A DNA stretch of 64,000 nucleotides from an uncultured delta proteobacterium (GTDB lineage Bacteria; Desulfobacterota; Binatia; Binatales; Binataceae), in the NCBI GenBank assembly GCA_963724765.1, contig CAVRVY010000003.1:64001-128000 (forward strand), read 5' to 3'. Positions within the stretch are counted from its first letter, which is position 1. Each line of letters starts with the position of its first letter. Positions 1 to 10,556 of this stretch are shown piece by piece. Below the pieces are notes generated by a model. That model did not search any database. It saw only the letters and a program-made list of their open reading frames with translations, and was not told the origin of the DNA. Both the position numbers and the translations under genes were made by a program.

Positions 1-535
1 GGTTGCTGCTAAGGTCATCGAAGGGACTCCCGAGAGCTTGGTCACGCTTGACACCCAGGATGATGCCAGCGAGGTCGTTTATGTGGGTCACCACACCGCC
101 GGAGTCGATCAAGGCGATACCGTCTTCGATGCTTTCGAGAAAGTAGAACTCCTGATGGTCGGGGATTCCCGGTAGACCGCGCCTAAGTTCGGAGAAGATA
201 CGCTGCCCCCGCCGCTGGATATCATGGGCGAGCGCGTCTTCTCCGACTTCCGTGATATCGCTCAATTCGACGTTAATCCAATGCGTGAATCTGTCATGGC
301 TCCATGGAAGTACGGTGGCTGACGACCCTCGCAGTTGAGCAAGCTCGGCCGCATTGAGGGCCGCGTGCATGTGCTGAGCGGCCTCGATACTGACGTAGTT
401 GCGATAGAGGGTTTCGCGGATAGAACCACCCAGCTCGTGAATCCTTGGTACCGCAAACGCTCCAATCGTGAGCGTCAGGACGAGCATCGCCAGGGTGCCA
501 TTGCGAATGCGCGTATGCAGCGGGGGAGGTGTCAT
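1..535 (-). CDS. KinB-like sensor histidine kinase, N-terminal part (runs off window; TM2/HAMP apparently deleted)
   Basis: Manual translation from ATG 535: MTPPPLHTRIRNGTLAMLVLTLTIGAFAV (TM) ...LYRNYVSIEAAQHM...DITEVGE (4-helix sensor), then LESIEDGIALIDSGGVVTHIN (PAS start). Frame open to position 1; not in ORF track. Confidence 0.75.
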   Translation of the reverse strand, partial: MTPPPLHTRIRNGTLAMLVLTLTIGAFAVPRIHELGGSIRETLYRNYVSIEAAQHMHAALNAAELAQLRGSSATVLPWSHDRFTHWINVELSDITEVGEDALAHDIQRRGQRIFSELRRGLPGIPDHQEFYFLESIEDGIALIDSGGVVTHINDLAGIILGVKRDQALGSPFDDLSSN

Positions 536-665
536 CGCCGTATCCCTGTGGGTTTCAGCCGCACGGTCTCGCTCAGAGACCCGCAGCGATACTGATGCTG
601 TCAAGCAGCGTGCGACAGTTGCCAACACAACGGTTTGTCTTTGCGAAAAGGCTCTATGTAGATAC

Positions 666-1712
666 TCACCTGGACTTCGAACCAATAGCTATGTCTAAGT
701 TGAAGCGTTTGCGCTTTCGGTAGAGAGTCGCCACATTGATGCCAAGCGTCGCGGCGGCTTGCTCCATGGTCGGGCTCTCCGCCAGCACCCGCAATATGTG
801 CTGGCGCTCGATCTCGCCGAGGCTCACTTTGGACGAGGTCGACGTGATTGTTCCCAACGCATACTTCGCAACTGCTTCCGGAAGATTCGCCAACGTGATC
901 GTTTCCCCCTCGCATAAAACCGCCGCTGCTTCCATTGCATTTCGCAGCTCTCGCACGTTACCGGGCCAGCGATAGCGAGTCATGACCGCTGCCGCTTCCT
1001 GGGACAAGTTCAAATTGCCACGACGGTTCCGAATCACGGCTGTGGCCAGCATACGTAGAGCCAAAGGAAGAATGTCTGTGGGACGTTCGCGTAAGGCGGG
1101 GACGCGCAGTGAAATGATGTTCAGATTATAAAAAAGGTCCTCACGAAACCGATGGGCCCTTACTTCCGGGACAAGATCGCGACTAGAAGCGGCAATAATC
1201 CGCACGTCAAGGGTCTTTTCGCCCTGGGCCGTTTTGAGCGTGCGATCCTGTACAAATTGGGCAAGTTCGACTTGAAGCGCAGGCGGAAGGTCGTCGATGC
1301 TGGCCAGAAGAAGAGTGCCACCTTCCGCTGCCTCGAATCGCTCCGATGCGCGCTTCGCTCCGATCGGCAGCGCATCCAAAGCCCAACCGGACCTTTCTCT
1401 TTCCCGGCTTTGCTGAGACAAGATAGTGCAGTCGATAATCACGAAGGGTTTCGCCCGCCGTGAACTCCAGAGATGGATCTGCCTAGCGAGTAGAGTCTTA
1501 CCGGTCCCGCTTTCGCCAGTCAGCAATATCGTCCCGTTGGAGGCAGCAGCCTGTTCGGCGTTCTCCAGCAAGCGTCGCATATCCGGACTACGCGGCTGCA
1601 GAAAAAGGGCGTCCTCCACAGCGCCCTGCGAAGTGTCAGCACTGAGACGCTTTCTTCGAAGTTTCAAGATCCGCTCTACAACGCTTTGCCCAGCGAGCGG
1701 GAAGCGCGGCAT
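666..1712 (-). CDS. AlgB/NtrC-like sigma54-interaction AAA+ regulator with Fis-type HTH, no receiver domain, degenerate
   Basis: GESGTGKT Walker A, RFREDLFY, WPGNVRELRN, C-terminal AAATLGINVATLYRK. GAFTGA absent; Walker B reads LLASI. Confidence 0.85.
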   Translation of the reverse strand: MPRFPLAGQSVVERILKLRRKRLSADTSQGAVEDALFLQPRSPDMRRLLENAEQAAASNGTILLTGESGTGKTLLARQIHLWSSRRAKPFVIIDCTILSQQSRERERSGWALDALPIGAKRASERFEAAEGGTLLLASIDDLPPALQVELAQFVQDRTLKTAQGEKTLDVRIIAASSRDLVPEVRAHRFREDLFYNLNIISLRVPALRERPTDILPLALRMLATAVIRNRRGNLNLSQEAAAVMTRYRWPGNVRELRNAMEAAAVLCEGETITLANLPEAVAKYALGTITSTSSKVSLGEIERQHILRVLAESPTMEQAAATLGINVATLYRKRKRFNLDIAIGSKSR

Positions 1713-1960
1713 AGCCCTGCCGCGCTCTTTGCTTTAAGTCCTATCGACCCATCGGGCAAGGTGAAAGTACTTCCTGAAATAGACTCGTGGCCATCTGTCT
1801 TTGCGATGGAACGAATTGCTCGACACTAGATCGGATCCGCCTCAGAACCAGGATGGCCGGGATCCCACAGCTAATCCCACATCAAGCAAAGCTACCAGTA
1901 CTCAAAGCATTCCGAAAGACAATCACACCATCGTCGACTGTTCCTGCCGCTTCTGTCTGT

Positions 1961-3262
1961 TTAGAATATGACGCCGGTTTCGATCAGGCCCCGAACCTGT
2001 GAGTTATTCTTGCCCTCCTTGCCGAACACGTCGCCGGCCGTGTAGCTATTTGCTTGCACGTATGAAACCTCACCCCGGAAGAAAAACTGCTTGTACTGGA
2101 AGGTCGGCGTCAGCGTCAGAGACCAGGCGTCGCTGCCGACTCCATACAGCAGATTCGCGGCGCTGCCCGGAGGCGAATTCTCATTCCCAGTGGCTCCAAT
2201 ATATTCGGCGCGCCCAACCAGAAAGATCTTATCCGTGACAGCGTAACTTGCGAGGATTGCTCCACCTATGGTCTGGGTTGATTTACGGACCCCGATGTCC
2301 GGGTTAAACGGGATATTGGTTTCCTGGAAATAGGGCTCAATGATCCAGGGCGAATTGTTGTATTCATAGATTACGTTGTAGATCTGGCCGTTGTTATTGA
2401 GAAGTGGCGTTGCAAAATTCGAGGATTTCGCAAAGCCGGCGTTACCGCCGCCGACCAGGCTCAAGGTATTCGCGGGATTTATCGTCCATGCCAACAACCC
2501 GTCGACCCACGTATAGCTGTGCGAGTAGAAGCCATTGTTCCAGCTCACCGATGCGGCGAGCGGTCCATAAGTATAGTTGATCTGCAGGCCGCGATTGATG
2601 GCGTTCTCCTGATTCCACAGTAGCCCGCGTTCGATATTCATGTTTTCAAAAGTGAAAGTGTACTCGGCCCCAAAGAGCGTCGGGAGATTACCGGCCATGA
2701 TTGAAAAACTATCGGTGGGCGCAATCTTGAGAAAGGCAGCCGGCAAGGGGCCATAGAGTTGGTTTACCGCTTTTGCCAAGTTGACATAGGGAGTGCCGAG
2801 CGCGGGAATACCGTAACCTCCCACCTGCAGATAGTATTGAATCACGCCGTCAGCCTTCTGGATGATGGCCTCGGCGTTGCTGACGTCGATTCGGTTGTAG
2901 AAGTCGCCAACTACGGCATGGTTCTGAAATATGCCGATCCCGCTTACGACGCCGTTGACGTCGAAGTCGAAGAGGGTAGCGATAGGAGCGGGCAGGTCCG
3001 AAAGGAATGGCGCATACTTCGGAAGATTGACTTCGTTGGGCGAGGCCATCACTAGCGGCCCCACCATCGTGGGCGATGAGAGCGGCGGCACCGGAGTGGC
3101 CGCGGCAACGGGCGAGGCGCTGGCTGTCGGAGTGGCAGAATTTGCCGAAGCAGGTTGGCCCGACTGGTCGGCCCAGGCTCTGTGTTCAAGAGCAATAACC
3201 ATAGTCAGAAGCATCGCCCATATGAAGCCTCCGATCATCAAATGTTTTAGGCGCTGTATCAT
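1961..3262 (-). CDS. Outer-membrane beta-barrel porin (BBP2/DUF1597-like), kdp-associated
   Basis: Signal peptide, Pro/Ala linker, alternating aromatic beta-strands, C-terminal Phe (ETGVIF); follows kdpC. Confidence 0.75.
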   Translation of the reverse strand: MIQRLKHLMIGGFIWAMLLTMVIALEHRAWADQSGQPASANSATPTASASPVAAATPVPPLSSPTMVGPLVMASPNEVNLPKYAPFLSDLPAPIATLFDFDVNGVVSGIGIFQNHAVVGDFYNRIDVSNAEAIIQKADGVIQYYLQVGGYGIPALGTPYVNLAKAVNQLYGPLPAAFLKIAPTDSFSIMAGNLPTLFGAEYTFTFENMNIERGLLWNQENAINRGLQINYTYGPLAASVSWNNGFYSHSYTWVDGLLAWTINPANTLSLVGGGNAGFAKSSNFATPLLNNNGQIYNVIYEYNNSPWIIEPYFQETNIPFNPDIGVRKSTQTIGGAILASYAVTDKIFLVGRAEYIGATGNENSPPGSAANLLYGVGSDAWSLTLTPTFQYKQFFFRGEVSYVQANSYTAGDVFGKEGKNNSQVRGLIETGVIF

Positions 3263-3352
3263 GGCTGGATTTATTTCTCTTTTCTGGCTGACCGACGAGC
3301 GATCTTTACAATAGGCTGTTTTAGGCAGCCTGGTGGACAGCGCAGCTTTGCG

Positions 3353-3949
3353 TCATTTATGTGCTGTAGGCTGGCCGCCCGGGAGCTGGTCAAGCGCGAT
3401 ATTGAGTTCTACAACATTGACACCGGGTTCGCCGAGAAAGCCTGCCCAACGGGGCCGAGTGTGCAACTTGACCAAGTCCCGCACAGCCTCCTCACTGATG
3501 CCGCGGGCTTTGGCGACGCGTTGAACCTGAATTTCGGCCGCGGCAGGGCTGATCTCGGCATCCAAGCCGCTGCCCGAAGCGGTGACCATATCGACCGGAA
3601 CCTGCGAAGCCTGGACTCCTCGGTTCTCTTCCAAAACGATTTTTAGACGCTGCTTTACAGAATCGATAAAGCTTTTGTTGGTGGGACCAAGGTTGGATCC
3701 GCTCGAACTGGTTGGGTCGTACCCCTTGTCGCCTGCAGCCGACGGACGGCTGCGAAAATATCCAGGCGACTTGAAATTTTGGCCGATCAACGAAGACCCT
3801 ATTGGCACTCCGTTGCGATAAATAAGACTGCCGTCGGCTTGGGACGGGAACGCGATATGGGCCACACCTACCATCACCAGCGGATACAAAATGCCTAGCA
3901 GCACGGTCAGGACAACTGTCATCTTGATAGCGATCATCATCGAACGCAT
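3353..3949 (-). CDS. kdpC: K+-transporting ATPase subunit C
   Basis: GSSLIGQNF, SRPSA, SSGSNLGP, DMVTASGSGLD, VNVVELN motifs. Confidence 0.97.
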   Translation of the reverse strand: MRSMMIAIKMTVVLTVLLGILYPLVMVGVAHIAFPSQADGSLIYRNGVPIGSSLIGQNFKSPGYFRSRPSAAGDKGYDPTSSSGSNLGPTNKSFIDSVKQRLKIVLEENRGVQASQVPVDMVTASGSGLDAEISPAAAEIQVQRVAKARGISEEAVRDLVKLHTRPRWAGFLGEPGVNVVELNIALDQLPGGQPTAHK

Positions 3950-3961
3950 TTTTAGTCTCCC

Positions 3962-6019
3962 TCAGGCCAAATGGGCGGCGGTAATCAGCAAGTCAATCAC
4001 CTTGATGCCGATAAACGGAGCGATGATGCCGCCCACACCATAAATGAGAAGGTTGCGAGTGAGTATGCCGGTTGCTCCGACAGGACGATACTGCACGCCG
4101 CGCAGAGCCAGCGGAATCAGAGCTATGATAATCAGGGCATTGAAAATCACCGCAGACAGGATTGCGCTCTCCGGAGTCGCCAAATGCATGATGTTCAATG
4201 ATTGCAGCTCCGGATAGGCCAGCAGAAACATAGCGGGGATGATCGCAAAATATTTCGCCACGTCATTCGCGACTGAAAACGTAGTCAGGGCGCCGCGTGT
4301 AATCAGCAACTGCTTACCGATTTCGACCACTTCCATGATCTTGGTCGGGTTGGAATCAAGATCCACCATGTTCCCGGCTTCACGCGCGGCTTGTGTACCG
4401 GCATTCATCGCGACCCCGACGTCAGCTTGCGCCAGGGCTGGAGCGTCATTGGTGCCGTCGCCAATCATGGCTACCAGCTTGCCTTGAGCCTGCTCATCGC
4501 GAATCAAGCGCAACTTGGTTTCTGGCGTCGCCTCGGCCTGAAAATCGTCGACCCCGGCTTCGTGGGCGATTGCGGCCGCGGTCAGCCGGTTGTCGCCGGT
4601 GATCATCACGGTCCGCAACCCCATCGCGCGCATCCGCGCAAAGCGCTCCCGGATGCCCTCCTTGATTATGTCTTTGAGGTGGATCACGCCGAGAACCCGA
4701 CTACCGTCGGCCACCACGAGAGGAGTCCCGCCGCTCTTTGCGATCCGCTCGACCATGCTCTCGAGCTCAGTCGGGATCTTGCCACCGCCGTCGCGCACGA
4801 ACTTCACTATCTGTTCGGTGGCACCTTTGCGGATTTTGCGCCCGTTTAGGTTTACTCCGCTCATCCGTGTCTGCGCCGAAAATGGCACGAACTCAGCCTC
4901 CTTCTCAGAGAGCTGGCGTCCGCGGATGCTGAACTCACGCTTGGCCAAGACCACGATCGATCGTCCTTCGGGAGTCTCGTCCGCCAATGACGCGAGTTGC
5001 GCGGCATCGGCCAGTTCCTCAACCGGAACATCCAGCACCGGAAGGAACTCGGTCGCCATCCGGTTGCCGAGCGTGATCGTACCGGTCTTATCAAGCAGGA
5101 GCGTATCCACGTCGCCCGCTGCTTCCACCGCGCGACCTGACATGGCCAGCACGTTGTGCTGCACCAGCCGGTCCATTCCAGCAATACCGATTGCGGACAG
5201 TAGTCCTCCGATCGTGGTCGGGATCAGGCAAACCAGCAGGGCAACCAGCACCGGTAGTGTCAGCGACGCGTGGGCATAGATCCCAAAAGGATAAAGGCTC
5301 ACGCAAACCAGCATGAATACCAGTGTCAAGCCAGCCAGCAGGATGCTTAGTGCGATCTCGTTGGGCGTCTTCTTGCGCTCCGCGCCCTCGACCAAGGCGA
5401 TCATCTTGTCGAGGAAAGTCTCGCCAGGATTCGCGGTGATCCTTACCCTAATCCAGTCGGAGATAACCGTAGTGCCGCCCGTCACCGCGCTGCGATCCCC
5501 ACCGCTCTGCCTAATCACTGGCGCCGATTCGCCGGTAATCGCAGCCTCGTTGACGGCCGCCACACCCTCGACCACCTCGCCATCGCTGGGAATGATATCG
5601 CCGGCGCGCACGATCACCACGTCGCCGCGGCGCAGCGAAGTCGCAGGCACTATTTCCTCTTTACCCGCCCGCAGTATCTTAGCCTGAGTCTCGGTGCGGG
5701 TTTTGCGCAGGTTGTCGGCCTGCGCCTTACCGCGCCCCTCCGCCATAGCTTCGGCAAAGTTGGCGAACAGCACGGTGAACCATAGCCACAGCGCAATCTG
5801 CAGCTCGAAACCGATCAGCGCGCCGTGCCCAGTGAACAGGTCTCGGCCAAGAATCAGCGTTACCGCCAATGCGGTAACCTCCACCACGAACATCACCGGA
5901 TTACGCGCTTGGATGCGGGGATCGAGCTTGCCCAGCGATTCGATCGCCGCGCGTTTTACGATTTCAGGTTCCCACAAGGGGGTTGGTTTGCGTTCAGTTA
6001 GTTCAGCCACTGCCGTCAT
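3962..6019 (-). CDS. kdpB: K+-transporting ATPase subunit B (P-type ATPase)
   Basis: TGES, DKTGT phosphorylation site, [16 protein letters not shown]. Confidence 0.99.
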   Translation of the reverse strand: MTAVAELTERKPTPLWEPEIVKRAAIESLGKLDPRIQARNPVMFVVEVTALAVTLILGRDLFTGHGALIGFELQIALWLWFTVLFANFAEAMAEGRGKAQADNLRKTRTETQAKILRAGKEEIVPATSLRRGDVVIVRAGDIIPSDGEVVEGVAAVNEAAITGESAPVIRQSGGDRSAVTGGTTVISDWIRVRITANPGETFLDKMIALVEGAERKKTPNEIALSILLAGLTLVFMLVCVSLYPFGIYAHASLTLPVLVALLVCLIPTTIGGLLSAIGIAGMDRLVQHNVLAMSGRAVEAAGDVDTLLLDKTGTITLGNRMATEFLPVLDVPVEELADAAQLASLADETPEGRSIVVLAKREFSIRGRQLSEKEAEFVPFSAQTRMSGVNLNGRKIRKGATEQIVKFVRDGGGKIPTELESMVERIAKSGGTPLVVADGSRVLGVIHLKDIIKEGIRERFARMRAMGLRTVMITGDNRLTAAAIAHEAGVDDFQAEATPETKLRLIRDEQAQGKLVAMIGDGTNDAPALAQADVGVAMNAGTQAAREAGNMVDLDSNPTKIMEVVEIGKQLLITRGALTTFSVANDVAKYFAIIPAMFLLAYPELQSLNIMHLATPESAILSAVIFNALIIIALIPLALRGVQYRPVGATGILTRNLLIYGVGGIIAPFIGIKVIDLLITAAHLA

Positions 6020-6026
6020 GCCTCAT

Positions 6027-7754
6027 TCAGTAAAGTTTTCCGCCCAGCATCGCGAGATGTTCAACAATCGGGCCCAGCGCCCAGGAAGCGAAGAAGGTCA
6101 GGGCACCGACGATAAGCACTACCGCTGCGAGCAGGATCACAAAAAGTATCCCGTTGGTAGGAAATGTGCCCGCGCTCACAGGTGCCGCCTTCTTCTCTAC
6201 AAGCGAGCCGGCGATCGCCAGCACAGGGATCATCGTGCCGAACCGTCCGAACAACATCACGGCGCCGAGCACGGCGTTATAGAACATAGTATTCGCGTTC
6301 AGGCCCGCAAACGCCGATCCGTTGTTCGCAGCGGACGAAGAAAACGCATAGAGGATTTCTGAGAAGCCATGCGGTCCGGAGTTGGCGATTGAGGACAGCG
6401 CACCTTTGTTGAGCACCGCTACCGCAGTCGGAAGCAGTATCACCGCTGCGAAAATCAGGATATAGAGCATCGCAAGTTTCATCTCGCGGGCCTGTATCTT
6501 TTTGCCCAAATATTCTGGCGTACGCCCCACCATCAGTCCCGCAATGAACACCGTCAAAACCGCCATAACGATCATGCCCGCGAGCCCGGTGCCCACGCCG
6601 CCGAATACGACTTCTCCTAAATGCAGGTTAAACAGCGGCACCAATCCGCCCAGCGGAGTGAAGCTGTCGTGCATCGCGTTTACCGAGCCATTGGAAGCAT
6701 CCGTGGTAGCGGTAGCCCAGATGGTTGAATTGACGATCCCGAAGCGCACCTCCTTGCCTTCCATATTGCCGCCGCTCTGCTGGGCGCTTGCGGTCTGATT
6801 AATGCCGATCGAAGCAAACTGCGGGTTGCCGCGCTGCTCAGCCCACGTACAGACGACTACTGCACCAAGAAAAAGCAGTCCCATGGTGCCGTATAGTGCC
6901 CATCCCTGGCGCCTGTCGCCGGCCATCTTGCCGAACGTATGTGGCAACCCGGCACCAATGGCGAAGATCGCCAGCACTTCGAGGAAGTTCGTAAGTGGTG
7001 TGGGATTCTCGAACGGATGGGCCGAGTTTGCGTTAAAGAAGCCGCCGCCATTAGTGCCGAGCTGCTTGATCGCGATCTGCGACGCCACCGGTCCTTGCGC
7101 AATCGATTGCGTCCCTTTCTCTATGGTTTTTACCGGAGTATAGGGGCTGAGGTTTTGCGGCACGCCCTGCCACACCAAAACCAGCGCAAATACGACACAG
7201 ATCGGAAGCAACACCCAGAGCGTGCTGCGCACGAGGTCGTACCAGAAGTTCCCCAGCGTCCGGCCGCCGTGTCGCACAAAACCCCGGATGACCGCGATCG
7301 CGATCGCCAGGCCCGCAGCAGCCGAAACGAAGTTGTGGAACGCGAGTCCCGCCATCTGGGTCAGGTAACTCATGGTCGATTCCCCCGAGTACGCCTGCCA
7401 GTTCGTGTTCGTCGTAAAGCTTGCCGCCGTGTTGAACGCCAGACCCGGTTCCACCCCGGCGAAACTCTGCGGATTGAGCGGTAGAAAATACTGCAAACGC
7501 TCGAGCGCGTAGAGCAGGACCATGCCGATGACGCTGAAAAACAACATCGAGACGGTGTATTCGACCCAGGTCTGCTCTGTCGCTGGCTGAACACCGCACA
7601 GCCGGTAGATCAGCCGCTCAAGCGGCAGCAGCACGGGGTCCAGAAACGTCCGCTCGCCGGCAAACACGCGCGCCATGTAGAGTCCCAGCGGCACGCTGAC
7701 CAAAGTGACGACTAGCGAAAAGAAGCCTATTTGAATGAGTGCATTACTGAACAC
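6027..7754 (-). CDS. kdpA: K+-transporting ATPase subunit A
   Basis: SFTTNTNWQAY, KQLGTNGGGF, SNGSVNAMHDS, NNGSAFAG. Confidence 0.99.
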   Translation of the reverse strand: MFSNALIQIGFFSLVVTLVSVPLGLYMARVFAGERTFLDPVLLPLERLIYRLCGVQPATEQTWVEYTVSMLFFSVIGMVLLYALERLQYFLPLNPQSFAGVEPGLAFNTAASFTTNTNWQAYSGESTMSYLTQMAGLAFHNFVSAAAGLAIAIAVIRGFVRHGGRTLGNFWYDLVRSTLWVLLPICVVFALVLVWQGVPQNLSPYTPVKTIEKGTQSIAQGPVASQIAIKQLGTNGGGFFNANSAHPFENPTPLTNFLEVLAIFAIGAGLPHTFGKMAGDRRQGWALYGTMGLLFLGAVVVCTWAEQRGNPQFASIGINQTASAQQSGGNMEGKEVRFGIVNSTIWATATTDASNGSVNAMHDSFTPLGGLVPLFNLHLGEVVFGGVGTGLAGMIVMAVLTVFIAGLMVGRTPEYLGKKIQAREMKLAMLYILIFAAVILLPTAVAVLNKGALSSIANSGPHGFSEILYAFSSSAANNGSAFAGLNANTMFYNAVLGAVMLFGRFGTMIPVLAIAGSLVEKKAAPVSAGTFPTNGILFVILLAAVVLIVGALTFFASWALGPIVEHLAMLGGKLY

Positions 7755-7770
7755 TATCGTCTCTCACGAG

Positions 7771-7863
7771 TTAGAATTTCTCTGGCCGCAGCAGCGCGTA
7801 CACCAGATAGACCGTCAGACCCACAGCCATGACAAGGCCCATTACTATTTCCCAGGGACTCAT
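7771..7863 (-). CDS. kdpF: K+-transporting ATPase subunit F (30 aa)
   Basis: Manual translation MSPWEIVMGLVMAVGLTVYLVYALLRPEKF*, with the KdpF YLxYALxxPEKF signature, directly upstream of kdpA. Confidence 0.95.
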   Translation of the reverse strand: MSPWEIVMGLVMAVGLTVYLVYALLRPEKF

Positions 7864-7943
7864 AGTTTTCCGCACCCCCGTACATAGGCAAGCGCCAGCA
7901 TAAAGAACGCCACGGTTCCGGCTAAAAATATTGCGTCCAACAT
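7860..7943 (-). CDS. 27-aa hydrophobic peptide upstream of kdpF
   Basis: MLDAIFLAGTVAFFMLALAYVRGCGKL*; stop overlaps the kdpF start (ATGA); single TM helix. Confidence 0.75.
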   Translation of the reverse strand: MLDAIFLAGTVAFFMLALAYVRGCGKL

Positions 7944-8490
7944 CTCGGATCTCTCTAGGGACACCAACGTTTAAAATTTAAGTGACTGTCATCATCCGGT
8001 GAGCATAGAACGTGCCGTATCACGATCCTTGTGAAAAAGACTAAATCTTTTTCAGCCGCGTGCCGACAATGCGGATTGCAGCAATGTCGGATGGATTCTG
8101 CATGGATACGGAAGAGCTTGGCCATCTGCCCAATCGACAAATCTCTCGTCGAGAGCAAACAGGTGCCCCATTCGCGTCAAGGCAGAACCGTGACGATACG
8201 ACTGACGGCTATGGCTATATAGAGGACTCTGCCGGGGGCATTCTCAGGAGGAGGCCGTTACCTACACATCGACGTTCGATATGCCGATCGACAATAGCCG
8301 ACAGGACGCCGAAGACTTTTGATCGATTTAAGTTTCGACGTCGTGAAACGACTGTTCGCTCTGATCACGCGGACCCTGGCCCCACCGGTTCCGTGATGCG
8401 TCATTGCGGGGCCGTTGAAGATATAATCCAGCATCAAATGAGACCGACTCGCGATTCAAGCTGCCCTCAAAACCCCGCCGGGTTGCCGTT

Positions 8491-9525
8491 ATGGTGATAT
8501 TGACCTTTGCTACGCTGGTCCTCGTCGCAGTTCTGCTCGGACCGGTTTTCGTCGAAGCGATCGAACGGAACGTCGAGGTGTTTTTCCTGCTCATTGGAGT
8601 ATTGACCGCCTGCGTGATGGGGCAATTCAACATGGCGCTCGTTTCGGCAGCCGTGAGTGAGCCGCTGGCATTCACGTTGGCAGTACTGGTCTTTGGCGCC
8701 AGTTTCCGTCTCCTGAGGGACTCTCTCGATCAACTGTTTCGTCGGGTAATCAACGTGCTGAACCCGCGGATTCTGTGCTTCTCTCTCGCTATCATACTGG
8801 GCTTCCTAGCAGCCTTCATAACTCCGGTTGTAGCGGCCCTTGTGTTTGTGGAGGCAATTTCCCTGCTTCGTTGCGACCGAGGGGTCGAAATCGCCGCTAC
8901 GGTTTTTGCATGCTTTGCGATCGGCATAGGCGCGGGCCTGACGCCTTTGGGCATGCCTGGTATTGCAGTTGTTCTCCGCTCTTTGCACGTCGACTTTTGG
9001 TATCTTGCGGATCTCCTGGGCCCGTTCATTGTCGTAGGAGTCATTCTAGCCGCGATCCCCACCTTGTTTTTGCCGTTCGCTTCCAACAAGCCGCTGGACG
9101 CAGCCGAAGAGAAAGATTCCTGGAGACTTGTCCTGTTGGTTCGCCCCGGTAAAGTGTACATTTTTATTGCCGGACTCGTCGCGCTTTCGGATGGGCTTAG
9201 ACCTTTAGTCGATGCCTACATCCATCGCCTTCCCAACGGACTACTGTTTTGGCTTAATACTATCTCTGCAGTTGTCAACAATTCGACTTTGGCGGCCGTA
9301 GAGATAGGACCGTCTCTGAGTATGAATCAGCAGCGCTCGGCGTTACTCGGCCTGCTAGTTAGCGGAGGGGCGCTTGTCACTGGTAACATACCCAATATCG
9401 TCGCCGCGAGCCGGTTGCGAATCACGACCCGCGAGTGGGCGAGGATCGGCCTTGGCACCGCGGCTGTTTTGCTGATTCTCTGTTTCGCGGTTTTGAGCTC
9501 GATGGCTTTTTTCGGTAGGTCTTGA
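8491..9525 (+). CDS. DUF1646-family membrane protein (putative cation transporter)
   Basis: About 10 TMs, ERNVEVF, GAGLTPLG, NSTLAAVE, SGGALVTGNIPNI. Confidence 0.8.
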   Translation: MVILTFATLVLVAVLLGPVFVEAIERNVEVFFLLIGVLTACVMGQFNMALVSAAVSEPLAFTLAVLVFGASFRLLRDSLDQLFRRVINVLNPRILCFSLAIILGFLAAFITPVVAALVFVEAISLLRCDRGVEIAATVFACFAIGIGAGLTPLGMPGIAVVLRSLHVDFWYLADLLGPFIVVGVILAAIPTLFLPFASNKPLDAAEEKDSWRLVLLVRPGKVYIFIAGLVALSDGLRPLVDAYIHRLPNGLLFWLNTISAVVNNSTLAAVEIGPSLSMNQQRSALLGLLVSGGALVTGNIPNIVAASRLRITTREWARIGLGTAAVLLILCFAVLSSMAFFGRS

Positions 9526-9555
9526 CTCCGTTTATTTTCTGGGCGAGGAAGAAGA

Positions 9556-10023
9556 ATGAAAATAGAAAAGATTATGGTGCCTACGGACTTTTCCGAGCAT
9601 TCGCTCATGGCGCTAAAGTACGCGATAGAATTAACCCGCGAGCATGGACCCGAAGTGGTGCTCGTTCACGTAGTTGAGCCGTTACCCTACGGGATCGCGC
9701 GTTGGTCTGAGCCCACAAAATTACTCGAGCATTACGCTGAGACGGCCTCGGCTGAGCTCGAGCGTTTCGAGAAAGAAGCAACGCAGCTGTACCAAAACTG
9801 CCGCTCCGAACTCCATTTTGGCGTCGTTCACGAAGTAATCGGGAATCTGGTGAGCAAGCTCAAAGTGGATCTCATCGTCATGTCCATGCGCGGACAAACT
9901 CACTTACTTGACCTTTTGATTGGCGGCACGGCTGAAAAAATCCTCCATTATGTACCATGCCCTGTCCTCAGGATACGCACGGTCAGTGACCCAAAACCGA
10001 AAATTAGGAAGGCGACGGGTTGA
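9556..10023 (+). CDS. Universal stress protein (UspA family)
   Basis: KIMVPTDFSEHS, DLIVM, GGTAEKILHYVPCPVL. Confidence 0.92.
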   Translation: MKIEKIMVPTDFSEHSLMALKYAIELTREHGPEVVLVHVVEPLPYGIARWSEPTKLLEHYAETASAELERFEKEATQLYQNCRSELHFGVVHEVIGNLVSKLKVDLIVMSMRGQTHLLDLLIGGTAEKILHYVPCPVLRIRTVSDPKPKIRKATG

Positions 10024-10259
10024 GGATTCGGCCCGGTGCAATCAGTTAGTGTCGAGGCACCAATGCATTTTCGTCTGGACCGATGACCAATGGGCAACCT
10101 CGCGATCTCGGTCGAAACCAGGAGCCCTTCCGACGCCCTGGGGATCTCACCTTAGCCCAAGCATAACAGCCGTGCCTACTGAAAACTCGGAAAGCATGGA
10201 AAAGTCTAGCGATTTATTCTGTCCGGCCGTAGTGTCAGCATCACTGGCTTTGCAGGGTC

Positions 10260-10556
10260 TTGGTCGGGCACTACGCCTACTACGGCCTGCCAGGAAACTG
10301 GCGCAAGCTGGCAAGCTTTCGCTGCCAGGTGGAACGCATCTGGTACCGTGTGCTGGCGCGCCGCAGTCAGCGGCATTCGAACTGGGACCAGTACGCACGG
10401 CTGCTCGAGCGCTTCCCTCTCCCTCAACCCCGTCTGGTTGCCGCTCCGGTGGTGGTCGCCGGCTGAAATCGGGATAAACCTCAAGAAGAGCCGAGTACGG
10501 GAAATCCGTCCGCTCGGATCTGTGAGGGCAAAAGCCTAATGGCTGAGCTACTCGAC
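10260..10556 (+). mobile_element. Group II intron 3' remnant (maturase C-terminus plus domains V/VI)
   Basis: GHYAYYGLPGN...W...LARRSQR...LLERFPLPQPR (domain X end); DV GAGCCGAGTACGGGAAATCCGTCCGCTCGGATCTG from 10488; DVI ending CTACTCGAC at 10556. Confidence 0.9.
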
